A stretch of 64,000 bases of DNA from Octopus sinensis. Lineage: Eukaryota. Numbering within the stretch: position 1 is the stretch's first letter; each line of letters opens with the position of its first letter. The stretch covers positions 57,784,001 through 57,848,000 of the forward strand of contig NC_043013.1 in assembly GCF_006345805.1 (NCBI RefSeq), written 5' to 3'. The notes beneath the pieces were generated by a model, which was not told where the DNA came from, made no database searches, and was given only the letters and a program-made list of their open reading frames with translations. Made by a program: the position numbers and the translations under genes. Of this stretch, positions 39,101 to 52,299 are shown piece after piece.

Positions 39101-40677
39101 GACTAGCGTTGTTTGGAATTGTGAATGGAATGGTGTAGTAGTGAGGTAGGCATAGAGAATGGGTTTGGGTTACTGCAAGTTGTTTGTTAGTCTTTTTTAC
39201 ATAAGTTATTTCTTTGGTAACGTAATTTTGGTTTGATTTTTTAACGGCTAAGAATTTAATTTCACTTCATAATTTGACACTGAATTGTAAGTATGTATTT
39301 TATTTACCTTAGAACTATTTATTAGAGATAATCGTAAATATAGAAACATTTTCTCTTTTAATAATTTTGGAGTTGGTTACTCTACCACTAATAATGTTGG
39401 TAACATTATTTCTTCATTTAATAGATATATAAACTGAATAATTTTTATAAAAAGAAATTATTTGATAATAATATTAATAATGATAAGACATATATTAATT
39501 GTACATGTAGAGATAATCTAATTGTATATTAAATAATAATTGTGATATTAATGTAGTGTGTAAATGTATAGTTACATTACATATAATAACTTTAAGAATA
39601 ATAATTACAAAAAAGCGGTTAATATAGGTTCTACTTCCTCAAAATAAAACTAAGAATCGCACAACATATCAATTCTTTTAAAAATAAAAACTTAATCACT
39701 CAACCGGACTTAGTAAGTACATTTGGAGTCTTAAATCACTAATATTAATTATAGTTTAATTTGGGAAATAATTTGTAAAACTAAATCATATACTATAGGA
39801 GCTAATTGTTGTTATTTATGCTCTAATGAGTTTAAAAATATACATATATATATATATGAATTTATATATATATATACAAAATATAATTATATATATATAT
39901 ATAATATATACATATATATATATATTCATATATATATATATGTATATATTATCTACATATATATATAATTATATTTATATATATATATACATATATTCAT
40001 ATATATATATATGTTATATTTATCTATATATATATATAATTATATTTATATTTATATATATATATATATCATATATATTATATGTATATATTTATATATA
40101 TATATATATATTATATATATATATTATATATATATATGTTCATATATATATGTATATATTTATATATATATATATATAATTATATTATATATATATATAT
40201 ATATATATTCACATATATATATATGTATATATTTATATTTATATATATATATATATATTCATATATTATATATTTATATTTATATATATATATATATATT
40301 CAATATATATATAATGTATATATTTACATATATATATATAATTATATTTTCTATATATATATATATATATTCATATATATATCTATGTATATATTTATAT
40401 ATATATATATAATTATATTTATATATATATAATTATATTTCTATATATATATAATTATATTTATATATTTATATAATTATATTTATATATATATATTCAT
40501 ATATATATATATGTGTAATATTATATATATATATGTATATATTTATATATATATTTATATATTTATATTTATATATATATATAATTATATTTATATATAC
40601 GTATATTATTTATATATACATATATATATTTATATTTATTATATATATTATTTATATATATTTATATATATATAACC

Positions 40678-42394
40678 ATATCACCAATCCAACTGACTTC
40701 TTTACCACTGCACATATAAAATCAGAGGCAGCGACGATAAATTACATCGATATAAAGGAAGACGATGCAATAAAGGCTATAGATGAAATGAAAACAGACT
40801 CAGCTACTGGCCCCGATGGATTCCCGGCAATCCTCTTAAAAGTAAGTAAGAGAGTCCTAGCAAGACCACTGCAGTTCCTCTTTCAGAGCTTCCTTGCAGC
40901 TGGCAAACTTCCAAGAAAACTGAAGGACGGTAAAATATGCCCTATTCATAAAGGAGGTAGCAGAGCGGAGGCCAAGAACTACAGACCTATCTCTCTGACC
41001 TCACACATCAGCAAGGTCATGGAAGGAATATTCAGAAGGAAGCTGATCACCTTCCTTGAAGAAAATGACTTGCTGCCTGACACCCAACATGGTTTCCGAC
41101 CAGGAAGAAGCTGCTTAACTCTGCTCCTACAACACTATGACTGGGTGCTGAAACAACTGCTCAACCACTCAAATGTGGAAGTCATATATATCGACTTTGC
41201 AAAGGCCTTTGATAAAGTCGATCATGGAATGATATGTCACAAACTGCGTGATCTTGGCATAGTTGGAAAATTGGGAGAATGGCTTCATGACTTTCTGTAG
41301 AATAGAAGTCAGGTGGTAGCATTAACACGCAAATAGTGAGCGGTGTTCCACAGGGCACTGTTTTGGGACCACTACTGTTCATAATGGCCCTCTCAGACAT
41401 GCCCTTAGCCACGCAGAGAGCCACGATCACATGTTATGCAGATGATACTAAAGTTTCACAGGCAATACAGAAACCTGAAGACACTAAGCACCTGCAATGT
41501 GAGCTGGACGAAATATACAAGTGGGCTGAAAAGAATAGCATGCAGTTCAATGCTGAAAAGTTTCAAGCTTTATACTATCAGCATGCAAAACTGAATGCAA
41601 TACCCAATGAATACACTGGACCCGGAGGGATTGCAATCCCAGAAGCACAATCAGTGCGTGACCTGGGTATTCACATGGATGATGACGCGACCTTTCATGT
41701 ACATGTTGCTAAACTGACAATGAAATGTAGACGCCTGGCTGGATTGATTCTTAGAACCTGTAGAACAAGGGAACAAGAAACCATGATGGTCCTCTGGAAG
41801 ACACTTGTCCTAAGCCACTTTAACTATTGCTCTCAGCTTTGGTCACCATCCAGTGTCAAGTTGATCACAGAACTTGAGGCGATCCAACGAAGCTACACGA
41901 AGAAGATAGTCTCTGTGCAGCATATGAGTTACTGGGAGAGACTCAAGAGATTAAAGCTCTATTCCCTGGAGCGTAGGCGAGAAAGGTATGCCATAATATA
42001 TATCTGGAAGATCCTGGAAGGTCTTGTCCCAGACTTTGGCATCGAGAGTCACACAAACGCCAGTACCAAGGACTCCAAATTTGCCATCACGATATAGGAC
42101 AAGATACTGTGACAGCCTGGGCTTCAGAGGCCCACAGCTCTTCAATATCCTCCCGAAGAACCTGAGGGACCTGCATGCGGATGTCTTTAAAGTAGGACTG
42201 GATCTCTTCCTGTCAGGTGTCCCGGATGAACCAACTTCACGGCAGGAGGTGCAGATGAGGGCAGCTGCATCGAACTCTCTCATGCATCAGATGCTAAAAA
42301 GCATCCATGAGGTAAAATCGTGTAGCAAACCAAATGGCGGTGCCCCAGCATGGCCACAGTTCATTAGCTGAAACTAGAAAAATCAAAATCAAAT
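40678..42394 (+). mobile_element. CR1-group LINE subfamily A, 5'-truncated copy with RT and 3' end
   Basis: ORFs 40533-41300 and 41336-42097 (RT motifs, CYADD); (AAATC) tail then (TA)n. Confidence 0.95.
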
Positions 42395-42408
42395 ATATAT
42401 ATATATAT

Positions 42409-45250
42409 TGCGACGAACGTCGTCTAATATGTGGCACTTGGTGAAGCATGGTGTTTGATGTAGCTAATCTCATTTGCACCTCTTGCCGTGAGGTAGTTTC
42501 ATCTGGGGCTCTCGACAGGAAGATGTCCCGCTTTTATTTCAAAACCGCTATATCTACTTTGTGCAAGTTCTTCAGACTCTTTGGTAGAATATTAAACAGA
42601 TGTGTGCTCTTGAAGCCCATGCTGTTGCAGAAGCTCTTCATGAAGCCTGATGTCATTGCTGGGATCTTTGGCACTATGCAGTGTCGTCCCGCTCTAGCAT
42701 TGGTGTAGCTTACAATGCCAAACTTTGGCACAATTCCTTCAAGGATCTTCTAGACGTATATTACTGCATACCTCTCCCGTCTTCTCTCCAGGGAGTAGAG
42801 TCTTAGCTGTTTCAACCTTTCCCAGTAGCTGAGCTGTTGCAAAGAGACGATCTTCTCTGGATTCCTTCAAGGTCCGCTGTTAATTTTACACTGGTGGGTG
42901 ACCATAGCTGTGATCAGTAATCCAGGCGGCTGAGGACGAATGTCCGCCAGAGGACCATCATGGTTTCCTTATCTCTGGTTCTGAATGTTCTTAGGATCCA
43001 CCCAGCCAGTCGTCTGCACTTTGTCGCCATCGTGGTAATGTGCACTTGGAAAGAGGTATCATCACTCATGTCGATATCCAGGTCCCTCATAGACTTAGGC
43101 TATGGAATTGAAATTCCCTGTGGACCGGTGTATCCTGTAAGTTTAATATTCAGTTTTGAATGCTGGTAGCGCAGGGCCTGGAATTTTTCAGTATTAAACT
43201 GCATATTATTATCCTCAGCCCATCTGTAGATTGAGTCCAACTCCTGCTGCAGGTGTGCAACATCGCTGGGGTTCTGTATTTTCCTCGAGACATTCGTATC
43301 ATATGCATAGCTTGCCAGAGTGGCTATCAGGGCATTTGAGAGCATATCTGAGAGGGCCACTATAAAAAGCAGTGGTCCCAAGACAGTGCCCTGTGGAACA
43401 CCGCTCACTATTTGTGTGTTCATAGAGGTGGCTCCCTTAACCACTACTGCCTGACGCCTATTTGTCAGGAGGTCATGCAACCACACTCCAAGTTTTCCAG
43501 CTATGCTGATGTGTGAAGTCAGAGAGATAGGCCTATAGTTTTTGGCATCTGCTCTACTTACCCCTTTAGTATGGGCATATTATTCCCTCCTTCAGCTCGC
43601 TTGGCAGTTTGCCATTCGCAAGAAAGCTCTGGAAGAGAATCTTGAGGGGTTTTGCCAGGGCATGCTTACACGATTTGAGGAGGATGGCTGGGAAACCGTC
43701 TGGACCAGCAGCTGGGTTTGTGTCCACTTCATCTATGGCTAGTAGGACATCTTTTTCGCTATTGTAACCGCCTCGCTGGTTATAGGTTAGGCGGCAAAGA
43801 AGTCCACTGGTTCGTTCAATTGTCTGTGTTCCATCGGGGTGGTAAAGACACTTTTGAACTGGTCATTCAGCATCTCACTGATCTTAGTTGGACTGTTTGT
43901 GAGGGAGCCATCCTTTTGGAAGAGAGGTCCTATCTTGTAGTGCACTGAGACTGTTTCTTTCGCGTAATGAAAGAAGGCCTTTGGGTTTGATTTAATGTTT
44001 TTTATAACTCAGGCTTCTTTGTCTGCTTTCTCCTTCACATAGGATTGTTGCAGCCTTTTTTCGATCTCCATCAGTGTTGTTTTTATGCGGGACGTTTCGC
44101 TACTTTTGGGATGTTGGTTGAGACGATTTGCAACCTTCGTCCGTCGTCTCATGAGGATCTTCCTGGATGGCCTTGTGCTCTGGGACATATTTCTGGCATA
44201 CGGCTTGCACAGAAGACATGAAACATTCTAGTTTCATGTCAATGTCTGGTGTGGAGAGACATTCCGGCCAGTCCTCTCTGAGGATCTCTTTTTGGATCGA
44301 TTTCCAATCTTCTTTGTGGAAGTTCAGATTGGAGAGATTTCGGGTGCTTCCTTTAGGCTGTATGTCGGTGTCACTTTCACATCATGAATGATGTCCATAT
44401 TGTTCGTGAAGCAGAGATCGAGAATGTTATTCGCCCTAGTTGGCTTGAGTAAAACTTGCTTCATGAATAAGGCATTGGTGAGGTTGAGCAGTGACTCCAC
44501 CTGTACTTGCTTGCAAAGATTCATTCCTGAGAGTATGTGACCTTCGCGCCATTTGACGTTGGGGAAGTTGAAATCACCCATAAGAAATATGGTCACGTGG
44601 TGTTCCAGATTCATGAGGACTTCTTTAATTCTTGTGAGGCAATCTTCAAACTTGCCTGTGTGATTTGGGGCCTCCGGTGGGCAATATGTATTGCATATGA
44701 CTATATTATGTTGTCTTATGTATACAATTAAAGTGTCACATACCGAATTTGAGTATGTCATTAAGACCTGGGGTGTGAGGTCATCTCGGATGTATACAGA
44801 AACTCCACCATGCCTCCTTTCCCTTCTGTCTGTTCGCAGTATGGCATAGTTTGGTATGTGTACTTCTGCGTCCTCTATATCAGGGTTGAGGGGAGTTTCC
44901 ACAAGTGCTATGCATAGGGCTTGATTGCATGCAGTAAGATCTCTCAGGAAAGAAATTGTGTTTCTATTTTGATGCAACAGGCCCCCAATATTTAGTAAAA
45001 GTATTGGGGTGACGGTTGTGAAGGCGTTAGGGGAGAAAATCCAATGTTTGTTGACTGTGGTGGTCTTGCATAGTGGTGGGCAGGGTTCCTTTTCTGTGCT
45101 TGGTGTAGCCAGGTTAGCTGCCGGACAATCTTGCGCCATGCATAAAAAAGTCTCTTGCTCAGCTGCTGCGTGCGCAGAAGAACATTGAGGAGCGCACTTC
45201 GTTTTTGAAGTTTTCCTGGGAGATATTTTTTGTGTTCCCTCGGTAAAGCT
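42409..45250 (-). mobile_element. Diverged CR1-group LINE (subfamily C), APE-RT with internal deletions
   Basis: ORF 44324-45139 APE (LLLNIGGL, LMGDFNFP); ORF 43100-43486 SGVPQGTVLGP...YAYD; tail-to-tail with the previous copy. Confidence 0.9.
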
Positions 45251-45258
45251 TTTATATA

Positions 45259-45398
<140 letters not shown>

Positions 45399-45469
45399 GC
45401 ATGTAGGTATATGTATGTGTGTAGGTATTATATATATAATAATTATATATATATATATTTATTTATATA

Positions 45470-45714
45470 TGTAGGTCCCGGGTTGAGTCGGGGTTAACCA
45501 CAGTAAATAAGGTACTCAATACATAGCAGAGTAAATTAATTTATTTTATAGGAGCTTCTACAGGACTAGAACTGTTTCATTCAAAAGAAATCATCAGGAA
45601 GCTAGGTGACAAGAATAGTTTTGGCATTTATACATTTAGGCAGGTTTAAAGGGGTGGTGGGGGGGACTTTTTGGGGTAGCATGGCGCAAACTATCATTCC
45701 TTTGACCGTTCGTG

Positions 45715-45745
<31 letters not shown>

Positions 45746-45808
45746 ATATGCCTGTATACCTCTGTGTGGATGTATGTATGTATATGGGTGTGCGTACGGA
45801 TGTATATG

Positions 45809-45853
<45 letters not shown>

Positions 45854-46139
45854 GTGTGTATATTAGTGTGTGGTATATATATGTATATATGTATGGGTAT
45901 ATATGTGTATATGTATGTGTATGTGTGTATATGTATGGACTTGTTGGGTTGCTTTTTTTATACATGTAGAAAGATGTGTGTGCGTGTATGTGCGTAGATA
46001 TGCGTATGTGTATTAGTATATGCATGTGTATATATATGTGTATGTATATGTATAGATATATGGATGTATGTAGGTATATATATGACTGGTGTAAGTATAT
46101 ATGTGTATGTATATGTAGGTATATGCGTGCGTGTATGTG

Positions 46140-46170
<31 letters not shown>

Positions 46171-46910
46171 GTATATGTATAAGTATGTGTATATATATAT
46201 ATTTGGACTAGTCTTCCGTGTGTGTGCAGATGTATGTATGTGTATGCGTGTAGATATGAATTTGTAGGTACGTGTACGTATGTGTATATATGTGCATGTA
46301 GGTATATGTATGTGTGTAGGTAGATATATGTAGGTATGCTTTTATGTACACGTGTATGCGTGCATGTGTGCTAATATGTAATTAAAGGCGTATGGATGCG
46401 TATATATGCGTACGTATGTTTATATGCACAAATGTCTGTATATAGGCATATGCGTCTATATATGCGGGCAGATGTTCATGTGTGTTTATGTGTACTGAAG
46501 TACATTTATATATGTGTTTTTGTGTGTACACAGTTATGTGTACGTTTATGTGAAAGTCGGTACACTTATGTATGTATGAATATAACACGTGCGTCTGTGT
46601 ATGAGTGTGAGTGTGTGTGCGTGTGTGAGTTTTTGTGTTCGTATCTGTGGGAAGAAAGATAGAAAGGAAGGGAGAGGGGCAATAAATGGTTTCTTTAGGC
46701 CAGCTAGGCTAGCTCCCTTGGGAGAACCCTACTTCAGTGCCGGCCTGGTTGGTCGAGGTCAAAATAAAACTAAAAATAAAAATGAATATAAAAATAAAAT
46801 TATAATAAGGGAAGAAATGTGTGTGTATGTGTGTGCATGTATATGCATATGTATGTGTATGTATATATGTATGTATATATATATATATGTATGTGTGTGT
46901 ATGAATGTGG

Positions 46911-46953
<43 letters not shown>

Positions 46954-47123
46954 AGCGTCTGTGTATGGGGGTGTATATCCTCTTTTATATTTATTTATTT
47001 TTATACATATGTGTGTAGATATATGTGTGTATGTATGAGTATGGGTATGGGTGTGTACGTAGATGTATGTAAATGGGTGCATATTTACATGTGTATATGG
47101 ATGTATGTGTGTATGTGTATGTA

Positions 47124-47162
<39 letters not shown>
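45470..47162 (-). mobile_element. Non-coding, microsatellite-rich segment carrying a hammerhead (solo PLE terminal repeat or retrozyme-like unit)
   Basis: Hammerhead at 45553-45603; TA/TG mosaic 45705-47162 with a unique island at 46620-46810; no ORF. Boundaries are inferred. Confidence 0.4.
45553..45603 (-). ncRNA. Type I hammerhead ribozyme, near-canonical
   Basis: Minus strand: agcttc CTGATGA tttc-tttt-gaat GAAA CAG-ttctagtc-CTG TA gaagct; 6-bp stem I, 4-bp stem III, GUA site; U.U mismatch at the stem II base. Confidence 0.82.
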
Positions 47163-47167
<5 letters not shown>

Positions 47168-47256
47168 GGGAAAAATTTTTTTTAAAAAAGCAGAATGCTC
47201 AAATGAAAGAAAATTTTAATAAAATGAGAAAATGATAAAATATATAAATATATATT

Positions 47257-47296
47257 TATTCAACCGGTTTTCGTCATGTATGACTTGTCAAGAATA
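47257..47296 (-). ncRNA. Degenerate hammerhead-like motif (left-arm copy)
   Basis: Mirror of 49821-49861; non-canonical core. Confidence 0.4.
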
Positions 47297-49820
47297 TTTA
47301 TGTTTTAAGAAGTTATTTTAAAAATTAGAAAGGGGAAAAAAAGAAATTGCATTGTTTTTTGTAAAAGAATAATGATAAAAATGTACAAAATTAAAAAATA
47401 AGTTCTCCGATACATTGTGAGTTCGTTGTGTATCTTGAGTTTTATGGTTGTTTACCAAAAATTACCTTGAGGTGTTAAGATCCAAAGGGATTAATAGCAT
47501 GTGATGTGTTGTGTTGTTAATTCAGCATGTTGCAGGACAGGAAGTAGTAGTAATTGTGGTCCTGGTTCTTCAGTTCCTGTGTTGTGGGTAAGGGGAGACA
47601 ACTCTTTTGAGTTCTTCAATAAAACCCAAATTATAAAACTATCATTTTAGCTTCATTTGCATTATCTTTTTTATATAATTGCTTGTTAACTTAACTTTCA
47701 GATTTTAACACTTTATTTATATTATTTTCTAATAATATAAAACTGCATAGACAATTGCATTTCAAATTGTCATATCATTTATAATAAAAATGATAGTAGT
47801 AACAACAACAATAGTGAAAATGATATTTAAAGAATATAAGTTTTAGCTTGAAGTGGTGAATGCATGGTATCTTTATATATTTGTGTTAGTCCATCCATGA
47901 AGAGTGAGGTAGAGAAAGGAAGTTTGATCAACGAGGAGTTTGCATATTAAGTTGTGTTTGGAATTTTTCAATAAAGAGATTCTCCTTGTTAATTCTCTCC
48001 TGTTGGTGATCCCGTCTTTACATTGGTAGAAGGGGAATATATAGAATTTGGGTTTTAAGTCTTTACACATGAGTCTAAGTGGTCACTCAGTGGAATTTGT
48101 CGGTATTCCGGGAGATTTATTTGTTCTTTATGCACCGGTTACTCGTTTACGTAACGGGAGACTCGTTTGTCCAACATAATTATGTTGGCAACCAGCGCAT
48201 GTGAGAACGTAGATAAGGTTCTCGGAGGAACAGGAGAAGTTAGTCTTGATTTTAAACTTCGTACCTTGTTTGAAGGTAAATTCAGAGCCTTCAAGTAGAA
48301 AGGGGCAGGTACCACAGTTTGAGCGTGCACATTTTTTTACTGTTGGGGGTGGATGTGGTGAGAAGTTTGGCATTTGTCAAGAGTTTTTTTAAAGATTTGT
48401 GTTGCCTTTTGCATTTGAGGATTTTGTGTGTATTTATAATGTTTTTCATTTTTGGGTCTGTTGACAGTAGACTGAGGTTTTGTATGATTGTGGTGTATGC
48501 TTCGATATTTTTGGGGTTGTGGGTGGAAATGTATGGAAGTATTTTGAGGTTGTGTGTGGTGTTAGGTAACCTCAAAATACTTCCATACATTTCCACCCAC
48601 AACCCCAAAATATCGAAGCATACACCCAATCATACAAAACCTCAGTCTACTGTCAACAGACCCAAAAATGAAAAACATTATAAATACACACAAAATCCTC
48701 AATGCAAAAGGCAACACAAATCTTTAAAAAAACTCTTGACAAATGCCAAACTTCTCACACCACATCCACCCCCAACAGTAAAAAATGTGCACGCTCAACT
48801 GTGGTACCTGCCCCTTTCTACTTGAAGGCTCTGAATTTACCTTCAAACAAGGTACGAAGTTTAAAATCAAGACTAACTTCTCCTGTTCCCCCGAGAACCT
48901 TATCTACGTTCTCACATGCGCTGGTTGCCACATAATTATGTTGGACAAACGAGTCTCCCGTTACGTAAACGAGTAACGGTGCATAAAGAACAAACAAATC
49001 TCCCGGAATACCGACAAATTCCACTGAGTGTGACCACTTAGACTCATGTGCTAAAGACTTAAAACCCAAATTCTATATATTCCCCTTCTACCAATGTAAA
49101 GACGGGATCACCACACAGGAGAGAATTAACAAGGAGAATCTCTTTATTGAAAAATTCCAAACACAACTTAATATGCAAACTCCTCGTTGATCAAACTTCC
49201 TTTCTCTACCTCACTCTTCATGGATGGACTAACACAAATATATAAAGATACCATGCATTCATCACTTCAAGCTAAAACTTTTATTCTTTAAATATCATTT
49301 TACTATTGTTGTTATTACTATCATTTTTATTATAAATGATATGACAATTTGAAATGCAATTGTCTATGCAGATTTATTATTAGAAAATAATATAAATAAA
49401 GTGTTAAAATCTGAAAGTTAAGTTAACAAGCAATTATATAAAAAAGATAATGCAAATGAAGCTAAAATGATAGTTTTAATATTTTGGGTTTTATTGAAGA
49501 ACTCAAAAGAGTTGTCTCCCCTTACCCACAACACAGGAACTGAAGAACCAGGACCACAATTACTACTACTTCCTGTCCTGCAACATGCTGAATTTAACAA
49601 CACAACACATCACATGCTCTTAATCCCTTTGGATCTTAACACCTCAAGGTAATTTTTTGGTAAACAACCATAAAACTCAAGATACACAACGAACTCACAA
49701 TGTATCGGAGAACTTATTTTTTAATTTTTGTACATTTTTATCATTATTCTTTTACAAAAAACAATGCAATTCTCTTTTTTGCCCCTTTCTAATTTTTAAA
49801 ATAACTTCTTAAAACATAAA

Positions 49821-49861
49821 TATTCTTGACAAGTCATACAATGACGAAAACCGGTTGAATA
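49821..49861 (+). ncRNA. Degenerate hammerhead-like motif (right-arm copy)
   Basis: tattc TTGACAA gtcat-aca-atgac GAAA accggt t gaata: perfect stem II and palindromic stem III, but the core deviates from CUGANGA and there is no valid NUH. Confidence 0.4.
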
Positions 49862-50160
49862 AATATATATTTATATTTTATCATTTCTCATTTTATTAAA
49901 ATTTTCTTTCATTTGAGCATTCTGCTTTTTTAAAAAAAATTTTCCTTACTTATCATTTCTCACGTGCGGTCAACACAACCCCACCATTATTGATCTATAT
50001 ATATATATATATATGTATAAGTGAGAGTCTCCTTATTTACCTAAACTCTATTATTCTATTTATTCTTTTATCTACTTTATCACTGATTCCTATATAGTAT
50101 AATATATATATATTTATTTATTTATATATATATATATTGTATTTATAATATATATATATA

Positions 50161-50193
<33 letters not shown>

Positions 50194-50217
50194 TTAATTT
50201 ATATATATATATATATA

Positions 50218-51604
50218 CAGGGTGTTCCAAAAGAACAGTGCAGTAGGAATATGCTAATAACCCAAAGAAACAAAACTCACAGAAAAACACTATTTATTCC
50301 AAATATTCACAAATTCAATATCTTATCAACTAAAGTCGATTGAGGATTGACTCGTGCAGTAAGATATGATCTACAATAACTGTTGAAAGTGTGCGCCATT
50401 CACCTGCAGACATAAACGAGCGCGACGCTGCTGTTTTGAAAAACACACTCAAGTTCATCAGGTTTGATGTTTTGAATAACACTTGTTATTTTCTGCTTCA
50501 GTTCATCCGTAGTTCGAGGATTGTCTGCATACACTGAGTCTTTCAATTTGCCCCACAAATAAAAGTCGGAGGTGTTAAATCCGGTGATCGAGGTGGCCAC
50601 AAACCACGAGAGATCACCGATCCCCAAAGACATCACCAACTGCAGCCATACTGACACGAGCCGTATGTGCAGTTTGCACCATCTTGCTGGAACCAGCCTT
50701 GTTGCTTTTCTTGCTCCGTCAGTTGATCAAAAATGGCTCCAGGATGTTATGAATGTAACACTCAGATGTGATGGTGTTTTCAAAAAAGATAGGTCCAATT
50801 ATACGCCGCTTGACAAAGCACACCAAACACCAACTTTTTATCGTGGAGTGGTTTCTGAAACAGAGCATGAGGATTTATTGTAGACCACACTCTAGAGTTC
50901 TGACTGTTCATGTACCCGGACAAATGGAACCATGCTTCATCACTGAAGAATGTATGGTTTAAAATGTTTTCACCTTTCTCTAGAATAAAATTTTCAAACC
51001 ACCGACAGAAGAGTACGCGTTTTTCTGAATCCTGAGGCTTCAGTTCATGAACAACATGCACTTATATGGAAGAATTTAAGTTGATGCACTGCTCGGTGAG
51101 TTGATGTTAGAGATATCCTAGTTTCTTAAGACAAAACGCCTCAAAGACTTTCGTGGGCTCCTCTGCAGTTTGTTGGTAACATTCTGTAAGACTGTATCTG
51201 TAACGACTTTTGGGCGGCCACTTTTGGGTTTGTCTTGAACACTTCCAGTTTTTTTGAACTTATGCAACAAAGCGGAAACACAATTTCCATGCGGCAAACG
51301 TTCTGCACCAAATTTTTCTTGAAATGACTCTTGCACTTCTTTTGTGTATTTGCCACCATCTCGGAAAACATTTTCAAACTAAATATCCTTTCTTGTAGGT
51401 AAGCACCATTTTCAAAGGGTCCCTGAAACAAAAATATTTAATATAAATATCTAAAATTTAGATATCTAAATTATCTAAATATAATATTTAAAATCTTTGG
51501 AAAAACATTTTCAACTATAAATATCCTTTCTTGTTTTCAGTGCACTGTTTCTTTATGTATACCTATGAAAATGTTCAGTGCACTGTTTCTTTTGGAACAC
51601 CCTG
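50218..51604 (-). mobile_element. Tc1/mariner-superfamily transposon, rosa (DD41D)-like, full length, pseudogenised
   Basis: TIRs CAGGGTGTTCCAAAAG(A)AACAGTGCA, TA flanks, inside a TA/TTTA array; motifs TGSVQDKPKSGRP, FFSDEAWFHLSG, WFQQDG, WPPRSPDL, DFYLWG. Confidence 0.92.
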
Positions 51605-52299
51605 TATATTATTTATAGATATATATTTATTTATATATATATATATTTATTTATATATATATTTATTTATTTATATATATATATATATTTATTTATTTAT
51701 TTATTTATATATTTATTTATTTATTTATATATTATTTATTTATTTATATCTATATTTTATTTATTATATATATATATATTTATTTATTTATTTATATTAT
51801 ATTATTTATTTATTTATATATATATTTATTTATTTATATATATATTGATTTATATATATATACTTCAGAAAGGAGAGGGTAAACTGTTTTTATTTATCAG
51901 TGGTTTGGAGTTTAGCTGCTTATTCTAGTGAGTCGGATGTCCTATAATGGCCATCCCTTATATGTTTGAATGTATATAACATAGTCTATTGACTATATTT
52001 CCTCTCCCACTTGACCGCTGGTAGCGGAGAATTTTATTAATATATATATATACATAGAAAATAGAAAAGAGTGAAAAAAACTACAGAAGTCTTGTTTTAT
52101 AAGGTTAAAGAATATATTTAAGTCGTTATGTTAGAAAAATATTAGAAAATTTTGCACATAGTAACATAGTTTTTGGAGAAATTACCGGTTTCGTGTTAAC
52201 TTTTCAAATTTCTCAAATGTCTTTACCTACATTGTGTCATGCCTTTGTTATGCAGTGCAAAGAAGAGGTCCAGGCAGGGGGAGGTAATAAGCGATTTCT

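Larger units (their letters stand above)
32839..40677. repeat. Compound TA-based minisatellite array (about 55-65-nt unit punctuated by AATT, TTC, GTA, TTT), interrupted by three insertions
   Basis: The same unit (ataattatatttatgtatatatatattcatatatatatgtatatattt) appears in 32839-33682, 35333-36924, 37181-37378 and 39835-40677. Confidence 0.85.
47163..49950. mobile_element. Penelope-like element GIY-YIG/3' fragment as a head-to-head 2.8-kb palindrome
   Basis: Arms 47163-48551 and 48568-49950, 16-nt spacer; translation KKCARSNCGTCP...NLIYVLTCAGCQHNYVGQT (CxxC linker plus GIY-YIG of PLE endonucleases). Confidence 0.9.
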
